From Octopus bimaculoides (lineage: Eukaryota), in assembly GCF_001194135.2 (NCBI RefSeq), contig NC_068981.1, forward strand, positions 42,022,265-42,086,264: a DNA stretch of 64,000 nucleotides, written 5' to 3'. A program made the position numbers and the translations under genes. The notes under the pieces are model-generated. The model worked only from the letters and a program-made list of their open reading frames with translations, did no database searches and was not told where the DNA came from. This document shows, one piece after another, positions 9,054 through 23,380 of this stretch. The number at the start of each line of letters is the position of its first letter. Position 1 is the first letter of the stretch.

Positions 9054-11790
9054 GTATGTATATATGTATATACACCAGGAAAAAGCATATAACAAATAAA
9101 AGATAGAAAGCAAAAAATGCAATTATTAAAATATTGACCGTTTTAAATTATCAACTAATTTAAAAGCAATAATGAAACAGTCAGAATATTCTCAAATCGA
9201 AAATATATTTCGAAGTTATGCTTGAATTATTGGGTTCATTGGCGTTGGTACAAAGAGAAATTTTGCAGGGGAAAAAGCGTAATCGATTGAAACGAAAGTA
9301 GGATATCATGAATACTACTTATTTGAAAGACTTGTAGGAATTAAAACCAAAATCGCCCTTAAGCAAGATTGTAAACTCTGATCATAGAAATCCGCAATTC
9401 AATACTTCAGTATTTCAAAGGTAGAGTTAAATAGTCTAGAATACAGAGATAACTAGTGATGATCTGCCTTTCCAAAAATACCCAACTTATGAGCCACATA
9501 ACCATGTCTGTATATACTGTTTCCCACATATCGTTGATGGTGGGATTTGGCCGGCATGAAGTGAGTGGACTCCAGCTACCGGTAAAGCACATGTACGATG
9601 AAGCCACATGATCTAGCAGTTCTACCACCCATGCCAGACGATTCTCGTCTACCACCGATATGTCTGTGCTGCTTAGCATCATATGTTTATATGAAGTATA
9701 TGTATATTGAGTTCTACATCAGATTATTAGTATCGCAATGCCTAAGCGAAATATATATATAATTATACACACACATATGTATATACATACATGCATATAC
9801 CCATAGACGCAAACACGCACATATAATATACATATTTGAACATATAGTCTTATGTGTGCCTTGGGTTTCACTGTACGCATGTGAATCGTATGTGTATACG
9901 TATCGACTACACCGAACACACAATATACGAATAAACACAATTCATCTATTTGTAGCCTGTTCTGAGTCCTCTCACGTGAAGGACTTAATTTTTTTAAAAA
10001 AATCACCAAGAATCGGATCATAAGAACGATTTTAACTGAAATATAGAGATAAGTGAATCAGGGGCTGGCCAGATTGGAGCAATATCGAGAATAACCAGCC
10101 GAAATTGCAAGGATAATCTGGATCTCGACTGAAGAAAGAAAACTCCGAATGACCTGTCTGTGTTTTCTTTGTATCGTCTATCTGGATGTTTTGTCCCTTT
10201 CTTGTATCATCTAACTGTCTGGATGTTTTGTGTTCTTGCCCCATTCTGTATTATATATATNNNNNNNNNNNNNNNNNNNNNNNNNNNNNNNNNNNNNNNN
10301 NNNNNNNNNNNNNNNNNNNNNNNNNNNNNNNNNNNNNNNNNNNNNNNNNNNNNNNNNNNNNNNNNNNNNNNNNNNNNNNNNNNNNNNNNNNNNNNNNNNN
10401 NNNNNNNNNNNNNNNNNNNNNNNNNNNNNNNNNNNNNNNNNNNNNNNNNNNNNNNNNNNNNNNNNNNNNNNNNNNNNNNNNNNNNNNNNNNNNNNNNNNN
10501 NNNNNNNNNNNNNNNNNNNNNNNNNNNNNNNNNNNNNNNNNNNNNNNNNNNNNNNNNNNNNNNNNNNNNNNNNNNNNNNNNNNNNNNNNNNNNNNNNNNN
10601 NNNNNNNNNNNNNNNNNNNNNNNNNNNNNNNNNNNNNNNNNNNNNNNNNNNNNNNNNNNNNNNNNNNNNNNNNNNNNNNNNNNNNNNNNNNNNNNNNNNN
10701 NNNNNNNNNNNNNNNNNNNTATATATACACACATATATATATATATGTATGTATGTATCTATATATACAAATATACAAACATTTATTCTTATCTTAAATC
10801 GCGAACCACAGTTTAAATCACTTCAGCGTGAATTCCTTACATATCCTTACACATTGCTACAGTCAAATAATACTAGCAAGACGTCTTTCTGTTTACCATT
10901 CAAAGTACAGGGTTTGCACATATTTTTGCATTTATATGATAGATTCACCAGAGGGTTTTTTCTGTCGAGGGCTTATATGCCCCATTTATTAGACTACTTT
11001 TCTTAGTCATTGTAGGGTGATTGCTATAAGCTTTAGGCTTATACAGATACCATTATTATTATTTACAGGATTGTAAAACCCGATGCTGTATAACAAAACC
11101 ATTTGCACCGAAATATATATATATGTGTGTATGTGTGTGTGTGTGTGTGCGCATATGTGTGGGTGTGGGTGTGTATGTATGTATGAATGTATGTATGTAT
11201 GTATAATGTCACAAGGGAAATAATTCAAGTGCGTCAATGGCTTGAGTTCAAGCAAGTTAAAGGTGATATACTAAATGACAAGCATAAGATTGTCTTAATA
11301 AATTGATTTCAAACTCAGTGGAAGAAAGGAAGCAAAATCATTTCGACAAATGTTAGCGACTGCCAAAGAAAATATGAGATAATTTTAATGATTTAAAACT
11401 ATATTCCACAAACTTAATGGGAAAATTTGCTTTTTACATGTGAGAGGACAACTATGGATACTGTTATGTCTTACTGAAACATTAGCATAGCATACTTTAC
11501 TCAACTCTTTTGTCAATCAACAACTGTTTTGATATTAAAAAAATTAAAGGTACGTGCAAGTTTGGATAGTAGTAATTTGTATAATTCAAAATTCGAGAAA
11601 ATTACTCAAGCAAAGCATTGACATGAGCTTAGGTAAGTTAATGGAAAGTATACTGAAAGATGATCGTCAAGCATTCTCAATTAATTAAAATTTTCCCCGG
11701 AGTTGGAGAAAGGAAAAAACAGCCAGTATAGCTGTAGTTGTTCATTACTTCTCGAGGAAGGGGAAATAAANNNNNNNNNNNNNNNNNNNN

Positions 11791-11844
<54 letters not shown>

Positions 11845-13351
11845 GAGACATGCATACATATATTTGTACACATATAAATATACGCACGTCTAGATTTATA
11901 GATAGACAGATAAAACAATATGAATTTTATGTTTGGCATTTAGTTCTGTTAGTTGATTTACATGTGACATTTCTACGTAGCAGCTATTGTTTCATCTATA
12001 AAAAATGCTGTACAGACAAAACACCCTGTTCGATATTTGCTTTGAAGCATATGAAGTAGATAATTAATAAAAAAAATGAGAACTGTGAGAAACATGGGTG
12101 ACAGTTGTTATGACTATTCGAAAAGCAACCAAAGGGACAGAAGATAATGATATCCTGTGATAGGCGCCATGTAGACTTTGCTCCCAAATATCCCAGTCTG
12201 CATAGAGCTAGCTAGGGTGCCTTTATGCTGAAAATAGCTTCTCATCAAATCACCCCCTACCATCTTTAAAAACGTGTACTCTAACCGAAAACAGAAAAGA
12301 AAAGCCGGATGGTTATTATTAGAATGCCTTTGGTCATAAATCTCCAGGGCCAGGAATGACCTGGATTTTAGCAACAACAACCACAAAATAGTTATATGTT
12401 CAAGTTACATATTATTCATTGTTGTAAGTAGCGTTGGCACACTAAATTTAACGAGTGAATCGCTCGTGTACAGAGAAGAATTTTACCGCACGTAAGGAAA
12501 AGTTGATTTGTGACAACTGAGCACAGCGGTTTATTAGTATAATATCCACAAAGAAGCTTCTTCAGGATCGCTCAGGAAGTATGAATACATTTAAGATTTC
12601 ACCGTAATTTCTCCATGCACTCGTATATTAGAGAATATACTACATGCAGGAACAGTCATCTGTACATACATGCAAACACACAAGTACACACAGACACAGT
12701 CACAGAGACACATTCACAAACACACACACACACACACGCACACATACACAACCATCTACATACAGATAACATTATATAAAATGAATGTTAGACGAACTAA
12801 AGTATTGTAGCATTGTATCTTGCTTTAATCACAGCAAGAAACGTGCCGAAGTCTTATCTAACAATCCATGAGCCCGTTGCCCAGTTTCCCTTTTGTCGGT
12901 TTGCTTAAACGCAGTCCTAATAATCTCAAGATTTTAAAATCAGATCGTTCAAAAAGCAAACAGAATGTTAGCTTACAGCTGTTAACCAATATACTGTCTG
13001 CAGAATAGAATTGAATCTGTTTTGTTTGTATTGATAATCATTAGATTTTACTAAACCTACTACGAAAACACAAACGTCTATTACTACGAGTCGTTCTAGA
13101 GACGGTCATTGTAATAGAACAACAGAGCTAATAATTTTATTTCTAATATCTGAAGTATACGAATTATCTTATTTTCTGGACCATCAAAGCAATTTCTCTG
13201 GCATTTATTTGATAATTTCAGTAAAATGATCTTTTCGTTATATCTTCTGACTAAATATAATACGGGCATATACAATTTGCAAACACAAATGTATAGAGAC
13301 ATTGAGACTAAAACATTAAAAATTTTGCATTAATTAACCTATGTGTACATT

Positions 13352-13738
13352 TGCTGTTGCTGGCACTCCGTCGCTTACGACGTCGAGGGTTCCAGTTGAA
13401 CCGATCAAATGAACAGCCTGCTCATGAAATTAACGTGCAAGTGGCTGAGCACTCCACAGACACGTGTACCCTTAACGTAGTTCTCAGGGATATTTAGCGT
13501 GACACAGTGTGACAAGGCTGGCCCTTTGAATTACAGGTACAACAGAAACAGGAAGTAAGAGTGAGAGAAAGTTATGGTGAAAGAGTACAGCAGGGTTCGC
13601 CACCCCTTCTGCCGGAGCCTCGTGGAGCTTTAGGGGTTTCCGCTCAATAAACACTCACAACGCCCGGTCTGGGAATCGAAACCGCGATCCTATGACCGCG
13701 AGTCCGCTGCCCTAACCACTGGGCAATTGCGCCTCCAC
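13352..13738 (-). mobile_element. tRNA-derived SINE, family C (about 390 bp), full length with TSD; possibly the Octopus OR-type (tRNA-Arg-like) family
   Basis: Reverse strand has an A box (tggcccagtggttagg), a B box (ggtttcgattccc) and a ...gacggagtgccagcaacagc tail. TSD tgtacatt is at 13344-13351 and 13740-13747. Confidence 0.93.
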
Positions 13739-15972
13739 ATGTACATTCATACATGCCAATACTTACATATACATATCTAAAATGAAACAAAGAAAAAAAA
13801 CACAATGATAAGTCACGATAGTGATTATGCCCGTAAGCTGTTTTGTTCTTCCCTATTTTATAAGCATGATTATGCAAGAAGTCGGTGATATCATGTAGTT
13901 TTGTCTACTGTAGAAAATCTATGACTCAGAATATTGAAGTTGCACTAAATGTCATGTGAGGCGCCATTGGATGAAGTCACATGAATTTAAAAGACAAAAA
14001 TGATATACAGAAAAAAAAAGTTAGAAGATACATCCAATCAATTGCTAGTGGACTTGGCTTTCTCTGAGTACTGCAGCGTTACAGATTGAAGATTTTCACT
14101 TTCAGATATCTGATGTATGGTTGCTGATAGAGATGTAAGTAATAAAAGCTAAACAAATTGCACTGGCTGGATTATTTCCTTTTATTTAGACGGCAATCTT
14201 ACTGAGAGCAATAATAAATTGAAGAAACTATTGAGTAAAACCGTCTTTTAGGCTGACATAGATCACAATTAATATTTTGCTTGTGAATTTACTTTGGTTT
14301 CTTGTTGCCAACAATTCAGTTTGTTTTTGTTATGAAGATGTATTAGTAGGAAAAGAAAACGAATAAGAACCTTTCTTTTTTTTCCACTTCTATTTTGTTT
14401 CCTTTTTGGTTTTTAAATAACTCTTCGGACAGTATAATAATGCTGTTGGCGCGGTGAGTGATTTTATCACGATGCATGACAAACAGAGAGAAGCTAATCT
14501 ATTGTATTTGTGCGAAACGAGATAAATGTTCTTTTGAAAGTTTTCAAATTAAGAAGTTTGAAGGGTGTACACAATTCCAGACATATCTTGCTTGAAGTAT
14601 CCTTTTTGTATACTCTAAAACTATTAAAAGCATCTACTTTTAAGGAGCGTATAAGTTTATCAGTTAATGTTATTTCCTTCCATTCTCGATTACTTTTGAA
14701 ATACTGAGATCAGTATTTCAGTATGTGTAATTAAAACGACACCAGTTTTCTGATAAAATATATCCAGAAAATAAAACTTTTCTTCAACCATGTTGAAAAT
14801 ATTAATTTTACTACTGTTGAAATTTAATTCAAGCCCATCATTTTTGAAATGTTAATACTTCCCAAATTTGTCGATATATCTCACTCATTTGTTTCACATG
14901 GTGAACAGTAGCAACTAACATCCTTCTAAAACTAATCAAAAAAAGGTTTTGCAAATAGACTGTTCATATTGAATATATGTCAAAATTATAACTCGTTTCT
15001 TATAAAATGCCAGAGAATTCACTACAACGATTCAGTTTATAATTATGGACCTTGTCTTATTACTATGTTTCTTCTTTCTGGTGACCATCTTTTTTATTCT
15101 TAAATGCAATCGAAAATCCTAGAGATAATAGCTACTTGGGTGTGTTATTATCTTTTAATAATGTCGGTTATCAACTTCAAAAGGTCCTGAATGATATAAG
15201 TTATATTATACGTTTCAGGTGTCATGTTAATTCAAATTATCATTAAATGTTAATTAAGTGGTATTAACTGGAAGGAAAAACACATTCAAGATGATTAAAT
15301 GATATTGTCAATTGACTGAATACATAACATCTTTCGTGTTTTTTTAGCAGACCAGTTGAATAAACCTAAGTATCGTGGTTTCAAAGTGGTATTATTCTAA
15401 TTTAGGAGGGAGATATATTGACTCTGGTTAAAACAATAGTCTATAGGTAAGTATAGTATTCCGATACATGCTCAGATTCACTGATACATCTACTGTTTCT
15501 CCTATCTACTACATACATTGCATACAGGTGATTATTTAAATCACTCTTCCTCTCTTAATCCAGTTTAATTTGTTTTATCCTTGAAAATATAACTCGATTT
15601 AGACAGAATTATATCATAAATCTGTTAATCGGATCATAGTTTGAGTTTTTATTCTATCTATTACCTGAGTTGTCAATTTCCTAACAGGAGCAAGTACTTA
15701 ATTGCTTGAATTAGAGGAAAAATTACTTGAGAATATAATATCTTAACAGGAACGGTCGGATTTAGAATTTAGACAAAAGAGTATTCAAGTGAAATGACTT
15801 AACGAGCAGTTGTACACTCAATGTTGCATTAAACTTGTAGGCACAATTCTCTGAATTAACAATGGAAGTATTTTTATTCATGCTTTTCACATGTTTTTCT
15901 TAATGTCTTTAGAAATTAATTGGTTACATGTTCAAACGGTAAAAAGCAGGTGTTAGTATTTCTAATCCGCAT

Positions 15973-16199
15973 GGCAGCTAGCTGGCAGAATCATTAATAC
16001 GCCAACCAAAAAAAGTAGTGGCATTTTGTCCGTCTTTTACGTTCTGAGTTCAAAATCCGCCGAGGCAGACTTTGCCTTCCATCCTTTTGGGATCCATAAA
16101 ATAAGTACCAGTTGAGTACTGGTGTCAATACTATCGATTTAACCCCATCCCGACAATGGGTGGGGTTAAATTACCGGCCTTGTGTCAAAATTTGAAAAC
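15973..16199 (+). mobile_element. SINE family A (ggccttgtgtcaaaatttgaaa tail type)
   Basis: ggcagctagctggcagaatc...ttctgagttcaaaatccgccgaggcagactttgccttccatcc...aaaataagtaccagttgagtactgg. Confidence 0.88.
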
Positions 16200-16269
16200 A
16201 ATATTTCAAATCCCCACAAGTACTTACTTTTTCTTGAATTTTCCTTTTAATTGAAAAATAAATTAACTG

Positions 16270-17560
16270 GCTTGTTGGAGAGTCACAACCTTCTAAATTC
16301 CAACCAAATTGGCTTTCGCTGCCGCAGAGTTTGCCTAACACAGCGATTACATCACATCTATAAAACTTTGGGGACAGGTTCTAAATCTGATGGTTATATA
16401 TCTTAGCTTCAACAAAGACTTCGACAGAGTCGACAAGAACTTCTTCCTGTTAAAATTGTCCAATATTGGAATCTGTGGTAAACTGCTCTACTGGACTACG
16501 TATTTTCTGGTGTACAAAAGCCAACATATTACAATCAATGGAATCCACTCAAGCCCAGCATATATCACCGGTGGTATTCCTCAGGGGATAGTTTTAGGCA
16601 TGCTCCTCTTCATAGTCTATATAAACGACATCTCATGAGTCATCAAGCTCAACAAAATAAAAATATTCGCAGATGATTCCAAGCTTCAAAACATTATCGA
16701 TGGAGAAGCAGTCTGAACTAAACTCCAGTTTGATTTCCATACTGTAAGTCATTGGGTGGATAAAAACAACATACTATTAAATGAAGGACAATTTGAACTC
16801 GTGCACTTTGGAAAAGAGAATGCACTCAAACAACTATATTTTATTCTTTCTGTTGAACTACTCACAACCTTCAATCATATTAAGAACTTGGGAGTAATTG
16901 TTGACAACAACCTCGACTGGAGCGCTCACATCAACAATAAAGTCGATGTGGCTCGTAGGATGAACTCCTGTATCCTCAGAACTTTCCGGTCCAGAGAGCC
17001 AGATGCCACCAGTCCCTTTTCTCATATTTTGTACGGCTACACTTAGAATACTGCTGCCTCTTGCGTTCTGTCTACACTAAACAAAACATTACGAGAATTG
17101 AATCACTTCAGAAAGCAACCACTAATGAAAAAAAAAGTAAATAAGTAAAGGCATGACTGATCTTGATTATTAGGACTCACTTAAAACACTGAAACGTTAT
17201 TCTCTCCAACGCCGCCGTGAACGCTACATCAACTACCCAATGTGGAGAACATGCCATTAACATTGCCAAAACGACCTTAACATTAAATAAATTCAAACTT
17301 CATCCAAGCTCTGGCCCTGTACCATTCATCCTCTACACAATTCAGGCTTACAACATATAAATACATTGCAGCACTTTTTTTCCCTCAACAGGCCCTGCTC
17401 TATTTCACATTATTCCAAATCAGATCAAAGGAGAAAAGGATCCCACCTTTAAACGATATCTGGGCAAATTGTTTCAAAGGATATCAGACAAGCCAACTCT
17501 ACCTGGATACATCTCAATCAGCAACAACACTCTTCTTGATTAAGCCGTGATACCACAAAA
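16270..17560 (+). mobile_element. CR1-group LINE ORF2 remnant (reverse transcriptase to C-terminus); pseudogenised
   Basis: SNQIGFR...YLSFNKDFDRVD...GIPQGIVLGMLLFIVYINDI...IFADDSKL...KNLGVIVDNNLDWSAHIN...HLEYCC...YSLQRRRER. Confidence 0.92.
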
Positions 17561-19690
17561 CTTGACTGAAACATGACTTAACAAACTCTATTATTAGACT
17601 GCTATTAAATTAGAAATGACCTGGGTCAACTTTTGGTTGAAACCTATCTCAGTTTACTATATTTCGATACATGACGGTAATTTACTGGTCTTCGGCATCT
17701 TATCTATCACGTTATCTACAGTATGCTGTCACTTAAGTTTATCTAAATTATACTGCTACCTTGTACTTCAGTAATAAAATGCTTTGTTTTTTTCATTCTG
17801 AATGGATAAATTAGTGGTGTTAAGTTTTGTTCTCTTGCTGCAAGTTAAGACCTCTCGCATTTTCGTGTTTCACTATTTCATACCTATTCCTACTCAACGA
17901 CTACTTCTTAAGGCAATATATTACTTTTTAAGGCAATATAAGTAATTAAGGATTCGTTACTAAGATAAAATATATTTTGACAGAGCCTACCAGAAAAGCG
18001 AACTGTAAATTTCAGCATATACTGATAATACTTCTCTCTGTTTTAAAACAACATTGGTTTAAAAACACTCAGAAACAGAACAGTCTGAGTTAATTTATTT
18101 AAAATTATTTTCTGTCGTTTATAGTACTTTTTGTTTGTTCACTCTATTAGCGAAATAATTTAATGTCGATGAAGCAATAAATTAACAGGAGGTACTCTAC
18201 TGCATCTCTTCGGTTGTTAGCTGCATAAACGGTTTTTAGAAACCATTAAAAAAAAACCAACCCCGTCTATTTATGTCGGTTCTGTATACGGAATAAATAT
18301 ATATTTGATGTAAATGTAGTGCAATTCATCATAATGAACAGATGTAATGACACATATCTACATCTTTATTTGAAATTTATGTTTAGATAAACATTATTCC
18401 ACTCAGATAATAACATACTTAGCTTTATAGGATGCTGACGATAGAGTAATGGTGGAAAGACAACCTAAAACTATTTCAATGTTTAGGTTTTGTTCTTGTT
18501 CTTCTCAAGTTCAAATTTCCTTGGGGTGGACTTTGATACTTACGAGCCCAGCGTTAATAGAATAAGCACTTTACCATGGACATAAACGATTCAATAGATA
18601 GCATTGAGTGAATTAGAAGAATTTGCTTGAAATTTCTAGCAGGTCGAGCATATGCATGACAGTTCTCCTTATTGGCTCAATAGAAAGTAGGTAAGTGTTT
18701 ATGTAAGCAAAAGTATACTTATGTATGGGACGAAGTGTACTGTGATCAGCAACCCAAATACGGAAGCAGTGGCAAAAGAAGAACTTGACTGTGTGTCCCA
18801 CAAAATGCTTGAATGATGGAATATTTAACAGGAAATTTAACAAATATCATGCATGAAGAAACGCCTCTTTAAGTTTAGACAACGACGCTGTTTCAGACTC
18901 CACAAATGATATTGGCATAGGTTTGAATACTTCAGTATCAAAAATCTCTTTCATAAAAACATACGACTTTATGCCTTGTCAAAAGATACCAAATATAAGC
19001 TAGTAAGATATGTTGAGTACCTTAGCTTCCCATCTGTCTTTTGGTTTAACGCATCCACTGGTTCCTGAGTACCTTTAACGAAGACCATTCTGTTTCAGTA
19101 TTCGTGATAAGTCTCTCTGTGAGAATAACTTTCTCCTTTTCTTTTATTAGTGATGAGTTCCTGAAAATGGTCATAGGCTCTGACCTTTGTTCTTTGACGA
19201 ATCCAAAGAAGATATCAGTTTCTATTTATTATTACATTGATTCTCTTCTATTAGAAAGTCTCTATAGGAAATTATAGGGACGTTACAATATTGCATCTCA
19301 TTTTTCTAGTAATACAAAGAATTTTGCATTAGGAAAATGATATCAGAAGTGACAATTCTTTCTTTTTCTTTGGGAAATTGCATCTAAAACCATGCTATCC
19401 CTCCCTTCACGTTAGAATGAAGTCTAAGGGAATTTGGGCTGTTATTTCTCACAAAATAAATGAGTAACCGTATTGAGCTTCTTTTGTTGGCATGTGAGCC
19501 TTTTTTGCAAGGCGTTGCAAATGCGTTTTAGACAAGAATAATTTTGGACGTGATGATCGTCCATCTCGATTTCGATTTCGTATTATAAATATATCATATT
19601 TACTTCCATCACTAATGCTATTCCAAAAAAGTATGAATCACATAATCCCCAGCTTATCCTTTTCGATTATCTAAGTTGTTATATCTACGT

Positions 19691-20077
19691 GTGGAGGCGC
19701 AATGGCCCGGTGGTTAGGGCAGCGGACTCGCGGTCATAGGATCGCGGTTTCGATTCCCAGACCGGGTGTTGTGAGTGTTTATTGAGCGAAAACACCTAAA
19801 GTTCCAGAGACTCCGGTAGGGGATGGTGGTGAACCCTATTGTACTCTTTTACCACAACTTTCTCTCACTCTTTCTTCCTGTTTCTGTTGTGCCTATAATT
19901 CAAAGGGCCAGCCTTGTCACACTGTGTCACGCTGAATATCCCCGAGAACTACGTTAAGGGTACACGTGTCTGTGGAGTGCTCAGCCACTTGCACGTTAAT
20001 TTCATGAGCAGGCTGTTGCGTTGATCGGATCAACTGGAATCCTCGTCGTCGTAAGCGATGGAGTGCCAACAACAACA
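19691..20077 (+). mobile_element. SINE family C, full length with perfect 11-bp TSD
   Basis: gtggaggcgcaatggcccggtggttagggcagcggactcgcgg...gagtgccaacaacaac. TSD tatatctacgt is at 19680-19690 and 20078-20088. Confidence 0.95.
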
Positions 20078-21289
20078 TATATCTACGTACGAAATTAATA
20101 TCTGGTAAGAGATCAAGCTAGTGGAGAAAATCTAGAAGTAAATATTTAGCGTGATTTTGGAAAACCTGAACGTTATATCCAATCAAAACTTCGTATAAGA
20201 ATTTTACTGTATATAGAATATTACTTCACTGGTAGTACGGTCGATGAATTGGTAGATATAATACAGATAAATTAAACCCTTTGCGGTATTTAGTTTTCTT
20301 AGTTGAAATCCGTGGTGAAGTTACAATCGGGTCACCCTTGTCTTGCATTTAATTATATATCAGTTCTCCAATACAAGAAATAGTAATAGTAATGTTTTCA
20401 TGCTTCACTTTGAACTCTTTCCTTTATCACATGGTTATCTGTGAAATGATGCTTGCTCTGACTTTGCTTATATTTTTCCTTTGAGAATGCGAACATTCTC
20501 GCCTATTTGTGTTAGAGAAAATGTGATCGATGAAAATTAATCGACTAGGCCATAGTATTGGAACAACCGTCAAATGTTGTTAATTAATGAAGTTGTAAAG
20601 TGTAAATTATTAAAACAATTTCGGTAAATTCTTCCGATGATAACAAAAATAGAAAACACAACATATTAAAAACAACAAATGAAACACGAGTTGACAATCA
20701 ATTAAATGACTGGAATAATTAACGACCTGATATATCAAGTGTATTTGAATAATATAAGAACTTGAAAAAATATATAACTGTTGAAGAATATTGGTTATGT
20801 TAAATGCAAACTATATTGAAATATATTCATTACAATCGGACCATGCATTTGGTGATATTTATTGGCAAGAGTCAATTAAATTCATAAAAATATTTAAGAA
20901 ATTGAGATTGATTAGTGAGGTCAAGAAAAGTTTAATGTTTTGTGTTGATGCCATCGTCCACAATCTAAAATATATTTTTCTTCACAAGGCTCTAAAGTAG
21001 ATAACTTATTTTGTTATTCTTTATGACAGATTGTATTATTTATGAATAAGGGTTGCAATAGTCCGACGTGTAGCATTTGTTTTTCAGCCAACGATTCGTG
21101 TTGAGTAACCAGTCTCAGCTAATAACGTAAGGACACAACTCTTAAACAGCCCAATAATTAAAACTGTAAATCGAATGATGAAAACAACAGTAACACTAAT
21201 GTATACAGAAAGAGCAGTAGCATAGATAAACTTGTTTTATTTGTTTGCAATGCACAGTTTAAATTACTTCTTACCATTGAGGACAAGGG

Positions 21290-22800
21290 TAGCGATGGGC
21301 AGTCAAGTGGCTGGGAAGGATGAGCCACCAGTGCTGAAAAATAAATTAAGTTGCTATGAGGGCTCTTTAAAAGACAGGGCGAGAACCTAATTTGAGAGGG
21401 AGATGGAGGTAGATTGAGAAAGATATTTTAATGCCTTAGAGGGGAAGAAGTGGAGAGACGGATGTTGCCCCTGATGGCAATTGTTCAACCAACGAAGAAT
21501 AAATTCCAGCCAGTGCTGACTTTTAGGAGTTGAATGACCATGTGGTATGTCACACACATAAGAGAGGCTGTAGATGTAAGTAGACAAACCTTGTGATAGT
21601 GGATACAGATGACTGGTGTTTCTACAATAGGTGATTTGAAGTCAGCCGATCCACTGCTTTTTGTGGGCGAAAAGTTGTAGAAAATACAAGTTATTTATGT
21701 ACGAGGGTAAGTACACGAGTAAAATGTACTGCTTGACAAGATTCCGCACCAAAGATCATAAAGGCATTTCTCAAGACAATTCTGAGAATTGTAGGCGGTG
21801 AAATGAGCCATTACGCCTATATAAATAATATCTTGGCAGACGAGATAGTGGTAACCCACGATCTCGGTAGAGGTCATAGGTCATCTGAAGAGATTTGGGT
21901 TGGCTGCCAAACAACCGGAGTCTATTGTGGAAAGATCAACGTTGGAAATGAGGCAGGTTGGATGAGCTAGTGTTTCGGAGAGGAAGTGAAGGATGATCTA
22001 TTTTGTCAAGAGCTGTTTTCGATATGAGAGCAACTGTTTGGTCATTACCATATTGCTGCATGTAATATGACCCCGAATTGCGTGTAGCTATGTGAAGAGA
22101 TCATATGGAGCGAGCTGGGAAGAGAAGGCTGGAGATAGAAAAGATCCAATGGCAAAGGGTATTTTAGGGAGGGTGAGAAAGAAGGATCCAGTGTGAGAAA
22201 ATTGGTATGTTTCTATGTTAGAGAGGATTGTTATATGGTGGGTTGCTAGTAGTATAGCGATGGTTAGTTGTCTTGAAAATAGGTGAAATTGAGGAAGAGG
22301 ATGCTTCCTGGTTTTGAAAGAAAGATGACTACAACCATATCAGTGTAATCGAGCTGGATGCCGTGTTGAAGGAAATAAATTTAGCTTTTGGGTGAGGGTT
22401 GCGTGATGTCCAATTCCGAACTGATTCAGATACGGTACTTTTGGGGTTGGGATCAGGAATAACCCGTGAGAAGAGAATTTGGAGCTGCAGAAATTATTGT
22501 TAAGCGACGCCTAGATATCCTTCGAAGTGGTTAGTGGTGGATGTGATGCTTTGTTGGCAAGGGTTCTATCACACCACGATTGACTGCGGGCCCGAGCGAG
22601 TGGCTATTTGCAAAGAAATTGGGACAGTGAGAGCTATTGGAATTACTAGAGTTCTGAATGAAATATTCTTCGAAAGGGTCCCTGAGGACCCTTTCAAGCA
22701 CAACACCTACAAGTACTGGAGGAAAGGAAGGACTTACATCAGTTGAGATCGAAGATGAAGTTTGGGTGAAGCCACCCGCTAACACGATCTCCATTCCAGT
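21290..22800 (+). mobile_element. Decayed Ty3/Gypsy-type LTR retrotransposon pol: RT, RNase H and a partial integrase with internal deletions; no LTRs seen
   Basis: NKFQPVLTF/ELNDHVVCHT (cf. KVRPVLDFRELN), DLKSA, YCLTR, YAYINNILADE (degenerate YIDD), EDASWF.KKDDYNHISVIELDAVLKEINLA...FRTDSDTV (RNase H), YHTTIDCGPERVAI...LNEIFFERVP (integrase), EVWVKPP. Confidence 0.85.
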
Positions 22801-23295
22801 TGTGGGAGGTAGGAGTGACTGACTTTAAAAACTGGAATAGCATTTCCCTCGTTTTCAGCTTGCCATAGGTTTCCTTACTTAATTTATACATTATTTACTA
22901 CGTTTTCGTGATACTTATTCGTCCTTGTCTTAAATTTAAATTTAAATTTTTATCTTTTCAACATTTTTTTCTTTAACTCTCAATTTCTAATTTTTTCCCC
23001 TCTGCTGCAATTAATATATTTATTTACATAAGAATTGGCGACATGTGTTCAATTTTTATTTCAATTTCGATCCATTTATTAGTGTTCATATTTTTTGAAA
23101 AAAGTCAATCGTTTCCGAACGTAACAACTTCTTGTTCAACAGGCACAAATGTTTATTTGATGTGTTACTTAATAATTATCACTGCATCATTTATAAACAT
23201 ACAGAAACCATCATATTGTTCCAAAACCTTGCAACTGTCTGATGATCGGTTACGTGAAACTTTGTGTAACAGTGTGTGAATTCTTTTCAGCTTCA

Positions 23296-23296
<1 letters not shown>

Positions 23297-23326
<30 letters not shown>

Positions 23327-23380
23327 TGTATGTATGTATGTATGTATGTATGTGTGTGTGTGTGTGTGTATGTGTGTATA
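23297..23380. repeat. (TATG)n(TG)n microsatellite
   Basis: Direct reading. Confidence 0.95.

Noticed and set aside
10160-10240. Short tandem duplications (about 38 bp here; also 17904-17940, 28477-28500, 30360-30420, 32256-32314, 49270-49315)
   Set aside because: These are ordinary slippage duplications with no further structure.
15045-15122. MDLVLLLCFFFLVTIFFILKCNRKS* signal-peptide-like mini-ORF
   Set aside because: It is 25 codons of T-rich sequence with no supporting splice or promoter evidence.
18860-19560. Minus-strand stretch with coding-like composition
   Set aside because: It has multiple stops and no motif I could assign. It may be an ancient TE but is not supportable.
19691-19770. 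tRNA-like sequence with A and B boxes (also 13660-13738 and 54105-54183)
   Set aside because: It continues into a 390-bp repeated body with TSDs and has no proper acceptor stem, so it is a SINE head and not a tRNA gene.
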